A stretch of DNA of 64,000 nt from an uncultured Dietzia sp. GTDB lineage: Bacteria; Actinomycetota; Actinomycetes; Mycobacteriales; Mycobacteriaceae. This document shows, piece after piece, positions 10,656-18,882 of this stretch (the stretch's first letter is position 1; every line of letters starts with the position of its first letter). The position numbers were made by a program, and so were the translations under genes. The notes beneath the pieces are model-generated. The model was not told the origin of the DNA, did no database searches, and saw only the letters and a program-made list of their open reading frames with translations. The stretch is from positions 2,157-66,156 of the forward strand of contig NZ_CALMYY010000030.1 of assembly GCF_937873725.1 (NCBI RefSeq), written 5' to 3'.

Positions 10656-11842
10656 GAACGACGCTCCCAGAAGGCAGGTCCGACCGGCTCGATGAAGTCG
10701 CCGTTGGCGACGAGGTAGCCCTCGCTGTCAACCGCGATGGGCAGCTGCGGCAGCGCACGCGCGGCGGGGCCGAAGATCGGCTTCGCATACTCCAGCGCGT
10801 TGAACTGCGACTGATGGCACGGGCAGAGGAACCGCTGCGTCTGCTGCTCGTACAGGGAGGTGGGGCAGGCGAGGTGCGTGCAGATCTTCGAGTAGGCGTA
10901 GAGGTCGCCGTAGTTGAACTCCTCCTGGCCCTTCCGCTTGATCACCCGCGCGGCGTCCTCGGGACGGAAGCGGATCAGCATGACCGCGTTCCGTACGCCG
11001 TGGATCGAGTGCATGTGCGCCTCGAAGTCGCCGAGGTCGTTCTCGGGGAGGGGGAACACGGACTCGAGCCCGCCCGCCGCCAGGTCCTCGACGTGGATCC
11101 GCACGAGGCGGCCCTCGCCGGCCGGGGGATGCCCGTCCGGGAACACCTTGCCGGTGTCGCGACCGAGGTAGACCTTCTCCGCGGGCAGGCCGTCGGGACG
11201 GCTGCTCGAGGCGAGGGTCCAGCCGGTGGTGTGCAGGGTGCCGTCGCCGGCGACGGTGAGCTCGCCGCGCTTCCACGGGTTCTTGATCATCCCGCCGAGC
11301 GGGAGGATCGCGGACAGCCCGATGAGTCCGACTCCCGCACCGAGGAAGCCGCCCATGACCTTGCGGCGACCGAGGGTCGAGGTCTTCCACGAGTCGTTGA
11401 GCTCGGCGACGATGGTGCGCCGGTCGGCTTCGTCCGACGGGCCGTCGTGGCGCGTCTGGACCGAGATCTCCTCGGGGACGAACTTCTTGGTGAACTGCAC
11501 GGCGCCGAAGCCGAGGAAGAGGATCGACAGGCCGATCGTCACGCCGAGCAGCGGCGTGTAGACCATGTAGAGCCAGTAGCCGTCCTCGCCCTCGCCGCGG
11601 TACTCCCACGGCCAGGCGATGTAGATGACGGCAAAGGCGAGGGCCAGCACGGCGGAGAGCGCGAACCAGATGGTGACCGTGCGTGCCGCCCGCTTCTCGG
11701 CGCGGGTCGTGACGCCCTCCGGCCAACGGTTCTCGCGGAACCGGACGTCGACCTCGTCCATCTCGGTGCCGAGACGGACCAGATCGGCGTCGCTCATCCG
11801 GTCGAGGTCCGCGGGGGACGGGTTCTTGGGTGTCTCACTCAT
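10652..11842 (-). CDS. qcrA: cytochrome bc1 complex, Rieske iron-sulfur subunit
   Basis: Rieske motifs CTHLACP...[11 protein letters not shown] 11842 forms an ATGA overlap with the qcrC stop; the ORF-track start 11860 is 6 codons upstream. Confidence 0.93.
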   Translation of the reverse strand: MSETPKNPSPADLDRMSDADLVRLGTEMDEVDVRFRENRWPEGVTTRAEKRAARTVTIWFALSAVLALAFAVIYIAWPWEYRGEGEDGYWLYMVYTPLLGVTIGLSILFLGFGAVQFTKKFVPEEISVQTRHDGPSDEADRRTIVAELNDSWKTSTLGRRKVMGGFLGAGVGLIGLSAILPLGGMIKNPWKRGELTVAGDGTLHTTGWTLASSSRPDGLPAEKVYLGRDTGKVFPDGHPPAGEGRLVRIHVEDLAAGGLESVFPLPENDLGDFEAHMHSIHGVRNAVMLIRFRPEDAARVIKRKGQEEFNYGDLYAYSKICTHLACPTSLYEQQTQRFLCPCHQSQFNALEYAKPIFGPAARALPQLPIAVDSEGYLVANGDFIEPVGPAFWERRS

Positions 11843-12723
11843 GAACGGGATCCGATCCACAGGGTCGCACCGATGAGGGCGACGATGCCGACAAGCCAGA
11901 TGGCCACGCCTTCGCTCACGGGTCCGAGGCCGCCGAGCGCGTAGCCGCCCGGCGTGATCTTGGAGTCCGTGTCCTTGATGTAGGCGATGATGTCCTTCTT
12001 CTCGTCAGGCGTGAGCTGACGGTCCGAGAACCTGGGCATGTTCTGCGGCCCGGTCAGCATGGCCTGGTAAATCTCCTGCTCGTTGGCAGGATCGAGCGTG
12101 GGTGCGTACTTGCCGGCGGACAGCGCTCCACCGCGGCCGGTGAAGTTGTGACACGAGGCGCAGTTGAGGCGGAACAGCTCGGAGCCGCGAGCGATCTCCT
12201 CGGGGCGGGACTCGCCCGAGGCGCCGCGGAGGCTCCCCTGCGCGACCTGGCCGTCGGGATCGGTGACGATCGCGGGGCCGCCGCCGTACAGGTCGACGTA
12301 GGCGGCGAGGGCGACGATCTGGTGCTCGCTGTAGCGCGGCTTCTTCCGCTGCGCCTGGGCCTCGTTGTTGGCGGCGGGCATGCGGCCGGAGTGGACCTGG
12401 AAGTAGGTCGCGCCCGAGCCGGTGCCGACGAGCGACGGGCCGCGGTCCTGCACGCCCTGCAGGTTCTGGCCGTGGCACGTGATGCAGGCGACGTCGTAGA
12501 TCGACTTACCCTCGGCGATCAGCGCGGCCTGGTCCTGCTGCGCCGTCGCGACCTGCGGCTCGGGAACCACGGCCGTGGCGATGGCGCCCGCACCGAGGAG
12601 GCCGGCGGCGATGACGAGCGCGCCAGTGGCCTTCCGACGACGCTTGGAGGAGGCCGGTCGCGCCGGAGTACCCGCGGGCTCCGGCGACGGCGTGTCCGCA
12701 GCGGGTGGGTGAGGTGAGTTCAT
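11839..12723 (-). CDS. qcrC: cytochrome bc1 complex, dihaem cytochrome c subunit
   Basis: Two CxxCH haem sites (CITCH, CASCH), an N-terminal signal/TM and a C-terminal TM. Synteny with Rv2194. Confidence 0.93.
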   Translation of the reverse strand: MNSPHPPAADTPSPEPAGTPARPASSKRRRKATGALVIAAGLLGAGAIATAVVPEPQVATAQQDQAALIAEGKSIYDVACITCHGQNLQGVQDRGPSLVGTGSGATYFQVHSGRMPAANNEAQAQRKKPRYSEHQIVALAAYVDLYGGGPAIVTDPDGQVAQGSLRGASGESRPEEIARGSELFRLNCASCHNFTGRGGALSAGKYAPTLDPANEQEIYQAMLTGPQNMPRFSDRQLTPDEKKDIIAYIKDTDSKITPGGYALGGLGPVSEGVAIWLVGIVALIGATLWIGSRS

Positions 12724-12779
12724 TGTGAGTTCCCTTTGGTGTTGGGACCTGCTGGACGCGGCGTCCTGCGGCCAGCTGA

Positions 12780-13391
12780 CTACTGAATGAAGTAGATGGT
12801 GACGAAGAGGCCGATCCAGACCACGTCCACGAAGTGCCAGTAGTACGACACCACGATGGCCGCCGTCGCCTGGGCGGGTGTGAACCGGGACATCGTCGTC
12901 CGCATCACGAGGACGACGAACGCCAGGACGCCCGCCAGCACGTGGAGACCGTGGAAGCCGGTGGTGATGAAGAAGACGGATCCGTACACGCTAGAGGAGA
13001 TCGTGACGCCCTCGAAGTACAGCATCGTGTACTCGTACACCTGGCCGATGAGGAAGACCGTCCCCATCACGGCCGAGATCACGTACCAGCGGCGGAGGCC
13101 GAAGACGTCTCCCTGCTCGGCGGCGAAGACACCCATCTGGCAGGTGAACGAGGACGCCACGAGGATGACGGTGATCGTCAGGGCGAACGGCACGTTCAGG
13201 TGCACCGGATAGGAAGGCCAGTCACCTCCCGAGTTCGCCTTGGAGACGAAGTACATCGCGAACAGGCCCGCGAAGAACATCAACTCCTGGGACAACCAGA
13301 TGATGGTGCCCACGCTGACCATGTTCGGCCGGTTCAGCGAATGAACACGCTGGGCCATAGCCGTTCCTGAGTTATCTACTGCGCTCGTCAC
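12780..13391 (-). CDS. ctaE: cytochrome c oxidase subunit III
   Basis: 203 aa from GTG 13391. It reads (V)[43 protein letters not shown], collinear with the mycobacterial CtaE N-terminus MTSAV... as I recall it. Confidence 0.9.
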   Translation of the reverse strand: MTSAVDNSGTAMAQRVHSLNRPNMVSVGTIIWLSQELMFFAGLFAMYFVSKANSGGDWPSYPVHLNVPFALTITVILVASSFTCQMGVFAAEQGDVFGLRRWYVISAVMGTVFLIGQVYEYTMLYFEGVTISSSVYGSVFFITTGFHGLHVLAGVLAFVVLVMRTTMSRFTPAQATAAIVVSYYWHFVDVVWIGLFVTIYFIQ

Positions 13392-13677
13392 GAGGCCAAG
13401 TATGACCCCTGAGATGGGCGGAGTCTGCACGGACCCCCGAAATCGGCGTGTCCTTCCGGCGTTTCCGCAGGTCGCCCGGGGAACTCTCAGCTTGGGTATG
13501 TGGGACCGCACCCCATGCAGGGGCTATCAGGGCCCTCTCAGGCTGATCGGCGCGTTCCGGGGACGGCCGATGACGGGCCTGGGCGAGCGACGGAGGTGGC
13601 GCTGGTGGCACGATTGGCGGGGCGCGGTCCGCCAGCGGAGACGGACCGGCGGTACCAGGGGAGAGAGGTCGGGACAC

Positions 13678-14742
13678 GTGGGAAGTTCGGCATCGGTCGA
13701 CGGGGGCCGATCGTGGCCCGCAGTGCTTGGCACGCTCACCTCGGGACGGGACCTCGATCCGGCGGACGCCGCCTGGGCCATGTCCCGGATCATGGAGGGC
13801 GTCGCGACAGACGCCCAGATCGCCGCGTTCGGGGTCGCGCTCGGGATGAAGGGCGTCACGGGGCCGGAGCTCGCCGCGCTGTCGGCGACGATGCTCGACT
13901 TCTCGCGCCGGGTCCCCACGTCCCGCCCGTGCCTCGACATCGTGGGCACGGGCGGCGACAGGCAGGGCACCGTGAACATCTCCACCATGTCCTCCCTCGT
14001 GGTGAGCGCGTGCGGGGTGCCCGTGGTCAAGCACGGCAACCGGGCGGCCTCGTCGAAGAGCGGCGGCGCCGACGTCCTGGAGGCCCTCGGGGTGGCGATC
14101 GACCTCGGGCCGGAGGATGTCGCCCGCTGCGTCGAGGAGGTGGGCGTGGCCTTCTGTTTCGCCCCCGTGTTCCACCCGGCCCTCCGGTTTGCCGCCGCGC
14201 CCCGGCGCGAGATCGGGATACCCACGGTCTTCAACATCCTCGGTCCGCTCACCAACCCCGCGGCGCCGGCGGCCAACCTCATCGGCTGCGCCTTCGAGCA
14301 CCTGATGACGGTCATGGCCGAGGTGTTCGCACTCCGCGGTAGGTCGGCCCTGGTGGTCCGCGGCTCGGACGGGCTCGACGAGATCACCATGACGGGATCG
14401 ACCCGGGTCCTGCGGGTCGCCGACGGCCAGGTCGACGAGGATCGGATTCACCCCGGGGACTTCGGGATGGACACCTGTTCGATCGAGGAACTGCGCGGCG
14501 GCGATGGCGAGCACAACGCCGGTGTGGCACGGGACCTGCTGGCGGGGAGGACGGGTCCGGTCCGCGATGCGGTGCTGCTCAACTCGGCCGCGGCGTTGGT
14601 GGCGTTCGACGGACTCGGGCGAGGGGCCGAGCTGGTGCCCGCGATGAGGTCCGCCCTGGACCGCGCCGCGGCGGCGATAGACGACGGCGAGGCGGCCGGC
14701 CTGCTGGAGAGGTGGGCGGCCTTCAGCGCGACGCGCGGCTGA
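13678..14742 (+). CDS. trpD: anthranilate phosphoribosyltransferase
   Basis: Motifs DIVGTGGDRQGTVNIS and KHGNRAASSKSGGADVLEALG. GTG 13678 follows GGGGAGAGAGG. The ORF stays open upstream to 13402 through an R/W-rich, rare-codon stretch (see finding). Confidence 0.9.
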   Translation: MGSSASVDGGRSWPAVLGTLTSGRDLDPADAAWAMSRIMEGVATDAQIAAFGVALGMKGVTGPELAALSATMLDFSRRVPTSRPCLDIVGTGGDRQGTVNISTMSSLVVSACGVPVVKHGNRAASSKSGGADVLEALGVAIDLGPEDVARCVEEVGVAFCFAPVFHPALRFAAAPRREIGIPTVFNILGPLTNPAAPAANLIGCAFEHLMTVMAEVFALRGRSALVVRGSDGLDEITMTGSTRVLRVADGQVDEDRIHPGDFGMDTCSIEELRGGDGEHNAGVARDLLAGRTGPVRDAVLLNSAAALVAFDGLGRGAELVPAMRSALDRAAAAIDDGEAAGLLERWAAFSATRG

Positions 14743-16366
14743 CCCCGGTCTCGCGGACCCCCGACGCGGCGCGTTCCGCACGCTCGGCCCAGCCGGACAG
14801 GGTGTGCGCCCCGCGGACGGGGAGCACCCAGGCGCCCTCGATCGACACGATGCGAGTGGGGGCGGAATCGATCCATCGGTGGACGTTGCGGACCTCCGCC
14901 GGCGTCGCCCCGCGGAGTGGGCCGGGATCGGGGAGCACGGTGGTGGCCCCCGACCTGAGGGAGTCGATGACGGGCAGTGGCGCCGCACCGGTCGGCACCG
15001 TCCCGGACGCGGCGAGGCGCCCATGCCGCACGACCGCGACCGCCCACGACCGGCGGGGCCCGGCCTGGACCAGGATCAGCTCGGGGAGTGCCGCGGTCGC
15101 CGTGAGTTCCTGGTGGCGGGAGAGGACGCGCACGAGGATCGCGGTGCGGTCCCGCAACCCGGCGGCCCTCTCGAAGGCGCCGCCGGTGGCGAGGGCCTCG
15201 ATGCGGTCGATGAGGGCCCGCAAGGGTGCCGAGTCCGTTCCGGTCACCAGTTCCCGCCACGATTCGGGATCGGCGATCGAGCCGTCGACCTCGGACAGGT
15301 CCTCCCACGCCGAACGGGCGTCCTGCGCCCGGCGGAACGGCCCGATCGCCAACGGGTGCTCCGGGGACCTGGTGACCCGGCCTCGAACCGCCCTGCCGGT
15401 GGGAGGCGCGAGCCACCACCCGCGGCGGGGGCTGCGGGACCGCCTGTTGAACGGGGGCTGGAGGGAGTCGATGAGCCGCTCCTCGACGGTCCACGCCTCC
15501 AGGAGGTGCGCGCACGGGACCGACTCGGCGCTCGCCGCCAGGCCGATCATCGTCCGCATCCTGCCGCGGGCGTCCCCGCCCGAGTAGTAGGAGCGGGCCC
15601 TCCGGCGCACGGACCCCGACGACCCCACGTAGAGGGGACCGCCCGAGCTGTCTCGGAAGAGGTAGACGCCGGGTCCGGACGTGAGCGACTCGGTCAGGGT
15701 GGCCCGCCGCCGCACCTCGGGGCTGAGGCGCCCGTCGTACGCCCTCAGTTCCGAGACCGTGGACACCCCGCAGTCGCCGACCCGGGAGATCAGCGCGTGC
15801 AGCACGTCGACGGTCGCCCGGGCGTCCTGGAGGGCTCGGTGGTTCGGTTCGACCGCCGACCCCAGGTGCGCGGCGAGCACGCCGAGGCGGTGACCGCGGG
15901 TCTCGCCGCTGTGGAGCACCCGTCGCGCGAGGGTGAGGGTGCAGATCGACGGCGGGTCGGGCCACCGCCGGCCGGTCGAGGCCGCCGCGGCGCGGAGGAA
16001 GCCGAGGTCGAAACGCGCGTTGTGCGCCACCAGGACGGCGCCCCGGGAGAACTCGAGGAAGGTCGCCATCACCTCGCCCAGCGACGGGGCCCCCACGAGG
16101 TCGCCCGGGGCGATGCCGGTGAGGGTGCTGATATGTCCCGGGAGGACGCCGTCGATCGCGACGAACGTGGACAACTCGGCCCGGACCTCGCCGCCCACCA
16201 CGCGGACGGCGCCGATCTCGGTGATCTCATCCGTTCCCGGCCGCGTCCCGGTGGTCTCCAGATCCACCACGACGAACGTCACCTCGGACAGCAACGGTTC
16301 GAGCTCGTCCAACGCCGTCTGGACCCCGGTCGGTGCGGCCGGCGCGCGCGAGGAGGTGGTGGACAT
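14723..16366 (-). CDS. DEDDh 3'-5' exonuclease (DnaQ-like) fused to GIY-YIG (UvrC/Cho-like) nuclease domain, Rv2191-like
   Basis: The N-terminal half has VVDLETTG, HNARFDLGFL and HRALQDA (Exo I-III). The middle has GVYLFRDSSGGPLYVGSSGSVRRRARSYY (GIY-YIG). ATG 16366 is chosen as start. The 3' end overlaps trpD convergently by 20 nt. Confidence 0.85.
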   Translation of the reverse strand: MSTTSSRAPAAPTGVQTALDELEPLLSEVTFVVVDLETTGTRPGTDEITEIGAVRVVGGEVRAELSTFVAIDGVLPGHISTLTGIAPGDLVGAPSLGEVMATFLEFSRGAVLVAHNARFDLGFLRAAAASTGRRWPDPPSICTLTLARRVLHSGETRGHRLGVLAAHLGSAVEPNHRALQDARATVDVLHALISRVGDCGVSTVSELRAYDGRLSPEVRRRATLTESLTSGPGVYLFRDSSGGPLYVGSSGSVRRRARSYYSGGDARGRMRTMIGLAASAESVPCAHLLEAWTVEERLIDSLQPPFNRRSRSPRRGWWLAPPTGRAVRGRVTRSPEHPLAIGPFRRAQDARSAWEDLSEVDGSIADPESWRELVTGTDSAPLRALIDRIEALATGGAFERAAGLRDRTAILVRVLSRHQELTATAALPELILVQAGPRRSWAVAVVRHGRLAASGTVPTGAAPLPVIDSLRSGATTVLPDPGPLRGATPAEVRNVHRWIDSAPTRIVSIEGAWVLPVRGAHTLSGWAERAERAASGVRETGVSRASR

Positions 16367-16373
16367 GGCGCAG

Positions 16374-16395
16374 ACGGTAGCTCCGGGGTCCGACA
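16374..16395 (-). promoter_or_regulatory. candidate RecA-independent DNA-damage promoter (RecA-NDp / PafBC type)
   Basis: The minus strand reads TGTCGGAC-CCCGGAGC-TACCGT. This fits the remembered consensus tTGTCRgtg-N8-TAnnnT. The -10 element ends 7 nt before ATG 16366, implying a leaderless mRNA. Confidence 0.5.
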
Positions 16396-16527
16396 GCCCG
16401 ATCCCGCGCCCTACGTCAGTCCGCCCGGGCCGTGGATGTCCGAGTCGTTCTATACGGTCGCCATCGACCCGGATCGCGGGCAGATAACGAATGGGCAACA
16501 CGCCCAGGACGGAGTGTGATGTAGATC

Positions 16528-16746
16528 ATGCTATCCATCGATTGTGCTCGGTGCCCGGCGCGGCCACGGACATGTGACGACTGCGTGGTCTCGGTCTTGA
16601 TCGCGGGTGAACCGCAGGTGGACACGCTTTCCGAGGAGTCGTGCGGGTACGTTCTGCAGCCCGAGGTGCGCTCCGCGATCGAGGTGCTCATCGAGGTCGG
16701 GATGGTCTCCACGGTCGAGATCGTGGCCGAATACACCGCGGCGTGA
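16528..16746 (+). CDS. small hypothetical protein with N-terminal CxxC-N7-CxxC cluster
   Basis: 72-aa ORF with ATG start and G/C-rich third positions throughout. It reads MLSIDCARCPARPRTCDDCVVSVL.... I recognise no homolog. Confidence 0.5.
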   Translation: MLSIDCARCPARPRTCDDCVVSVLIAGEPQVDTLSEESCGYVLQPEVRSAIEVLIEVGMVSTVEIVAEYTAA

Positions 16747-16804
16747 GCGAGGGACTGGACTTCGGCGAGACGGTTTCGTAACCTTTTCGAGACCTCGGAA
16801 GTCA

Positions 16805-16966
16805 TCACCCGCCCACCGGTGGGGAGCCGGGGTCACCACCTAAGCGCCAGAGGGGCGCACCGGGGAACCACGTTCCACTGGGGTGAATCGTCCAAGGGCC
16901 ACCAGGTCCGGGGCGTAGGACAGACTTCCGTGTCCGAACCCGTCAGCTAACCCGGTCGGTGTCGCA
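16805..16966 (+). promoter_or_regulatory. c-di-AMP riboswitch (ydaO-yuaA class) leader of the NlpC/P60 gene
   Basis: Contains the class hallmarks GCGCACCGGGGAACCA, GGGGTGAATC (16880-16889), GGGGCGTAGG and CCGAACCCGTCAGCTAACCCGGTCGG (16934-16959). It ends about 5 nt before the GAAAGAGGAA Shine-Dalgarno of the GTG 16990 gene. Boundaries are approximate. Confidence 0.75.
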
Positions 16967-16989
16967 GGAAGAAAGAGGAAAACACTCTC

Positions 16990-17589
16990 GTGGGAGCCCA
17001 CAGCATCAAGACCGTTTCGACCGGACGCCGCGTCGCCGCCGCCGGACTGCTCGCGGCCGGAGCCGCCGTCGCGGGAGCCGGAACCGCGGCCGCCGCGCCC
17101 GTGACCGTCGACGTCCCCGTCGAGCTGCGCCTGCCGGGCGTGCCCGCCCAGGTCACCGTCGACGTTCCCGAGGGCATCGCTCTCCCGGCCGGTCTCGCCC
17201 AGGTCGCCCCCGTCGAGTTCGCCGCCCCGGCGCCGCAGATCTCGACCGGCCAGCGCATCCTCGAGGCCGCCGGCACCCGCGTGGGCTCGCCCTACGTGTG
17301 GGGCGCCACCGGCCCGAGCTCGTTCGACTGCTCCGGGCTCACCTCCTGGGCCTACAAGGAGGCGGGCATCTCCATCCCGCGCACCAGCCAGGCCCAGATC
17401 GGTGGCGGCACCCAGGTGTCCAAGGCGGACCTTCAGCCCGGCGACATCGTCGCGTTCTACAGCGGCGCCAGCCACGTGGGGATCTACGCCGGCAACGGTC
17501 AGGTCGTCCACGCCCCCTACTCCGGCACCAGCGTGAGCTACGCCCCGCTGGACTCCATGCCGTTCTACGGTGCCACCCGGTACTACTGA
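16990..17589 (+). CDS. secreted NlpC/P60 peptidoglycan endopeptidase
   Basis: Signal peptide, then YVWGATGPSSFDCSGLTSWAY (catalytic Cys) and SHVGIYAGNGQVVHAP (His). GTG start follows an SD. Confidence 0.9.
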   Translation: MGAHSIKTVSTGRRVAAAGLLAAGAAVAGAGTAAAAPVTVDVPVELRLPGVPAQVTVDVPEGIALPAGLAQVAPVEFAAPAPQISTGQRILEAAGTRVGSPYVWGATGPSSFDCSGLTSWAYKEAGISIPRTSQAQIGGGTQVSKADLQPGDIVAFYSGASHVGIYAGNGQVVHAPYSGTSVSYAPLDSMPFYGATRYY

Positions 17590-17618
17590 GTCCCACCGGA
17601 GACTCAGGCCTCCACGTA

Positions 17619-17657
17619 CCCCGTCGACGACCGGCCACCAGCCGGGTGTCGACGGGG
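17619..17657 (+). terminator. hairpin terminator after the first NlpC/P60 gene
   Basis: CCCCGTCGAC (17619-17628) pairs with GTCGACGGGG (17648-17657). An inner ACCGGC/GCCGGG pairing lies in the loop. It is followed by TTCGTCGTCTGT. Confidence 0.5.
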
Positions 17658-17759
17658 TTCGTCGTCTGTACTATGCGGTGACGGAGCCTGACGGCGTCCC
17701 TGCCCCGCTCCTGCCGCCTCCCGCGAGAACCCCCGCCACGACCGACCCGAGAGCCGACA

Positions 17760-18830
17760 GTGCCCCTACCCCGCAGTTTCCGTACGGTCGCGATCGCCGC
17801 GACCGTGGCCGCCGCGATGACGACAGGTGTCGCGGTGGCCTCGGCGCAACCCTCGGCCCCCGCCCCGGTGACGCCGACGGAGGTGGAGGCCGCCCCCGAG
17901 GGCGCGGTCGGCGAGGACCTCGTCGAGCTGGCCCGGCTGTCCGAGGAGGCCGGTGCGCTGGGCGAGGAGCTCCACCTCGCGCAGGCCGAACTCGACCGCG
18001 CACAGGCGGAGCGGGACAGGCGCGAGCGCGACGCCGGCGTCGCTGCCGGTCGCGCGGTGGTCGCCGACCTCGGCGCCGCGAGGGACCAGTCGCTCGTGGA
18101 TCGCCTCGCGACCATGCGCTACCGCGGTGGTGATACCGGCGCCACCCGGGCCGCCGTGCTCGCGGCCAGTCCCGGCGACCTCGTGGACAGGCTCGGGACC
18201 CTCCAGCGGCTGTCGGGGGTGACCACCAGCGCACTCGACGCCTCGAGGGCCGCGTCGGTCGAGGCGGCCCGGCTCCGCGACGAGGCGGACCGGGCCTCCG
18301 AGGTCGCCGGGGAGGCGGCTCGGGAGGCCAGGGATCGCGCCGACGAACTCGATCGCCGCTCGGGGGAGATGAGGCTGCGCATCGACGAGGTGCGGCGCCG
18401 GGTGGACGCGCTCTCGGAGGCCCAGCGGGCCGTGTGGGCAGGGGGACCGGTCATGCCCCCCGGCTATGTCGCCCCGCCGATCGACGGCGTCAACTCCGCC
18501 GCGCTCAACGTCGCGCTCTCCCGGCTCGGCGCCCCCTACTCGTGGGGGGCCACGGGCCCCTCCGAGTTCGACTGCTCCGGGCTCATGGTCTGGTCGTACG
18601 CCCAGGAGGGTAAGGCGCTCCCGCGGTCGAGCCAGGCGCAGGCCGCCTCCGGGGCGCCGGTCGCGATGGCGGACGTCCAGCCCGGTGATCTGGTCATCTA
18701 CTATCCGGGCGCGACGCATGTCGGGATGTACGCCGGAGACGGACTGGTCCTCCACGCGCCGACGTACGGCGTCCCCGTCAAGCTGGAGAAGGTCGACGCG
18801 ATGCCGATCAGCGGCATCCGCCGATACTGA
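17760..18830 (+). CDS. ripC: NlpC/P60 endopeptidase with N-terminal coiled-coil region (RipC/Rv2190c-like)
   Basis: Signal peptide, then about 200 aa of A/E/R/L-rich coiled-coil-like sequence. The C-terminal domain has YSWGATGPSEFDCSGLMVWSY ... THVGMYAGDGLVLHAP. Synteny next to the Rv2191 homolog. Confidence 0.88.
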   Translation: MPLPRSFRTVAIAATVAAAMTTGVAVASAQPSAPAPVTPTEVEAAPEGAVGEDLVELARLSEEAGALGEELHLAQAELDRAQAERDRRERDAGVAAGRAVVADLGAARDQSLVDRLATMRYRGGDTGATRAAVLAASPGDLVDRLGTLQRLSGVTTSALDASRAASVEAARLRDEADRASEVAGEAAREARDRADELDRRSGEMRLRIDEVRRRVDALSEAQRAVWAGGPVMPPGYVAPPIDGVNSAALNVALSRLGAPYSWGATGPSEFDCSGLMVWSYAQEGKALPRSSQAQAASGAPVAMADVQPGDLVIYYPGATHVGMYAGDGLVLHAPTYGVPVKLEKVDAMPISGIRRY

Positions 18831-18882
18831 GCACGGCAGGCGGTCCGGGCGTCGCCGGGGCTCTGTGGCAGTCTCGGATGCG

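Noticed and set aside
17590-17759. Second c-di-AMP riboswitch in front of the RipC-like gene
   Set aside because: None of the class-defining strings (GGGGTGAATC, CCGAACCCGTCAGCTAACC) are present. The spacer holds only a hairpin and a short direct repeat.
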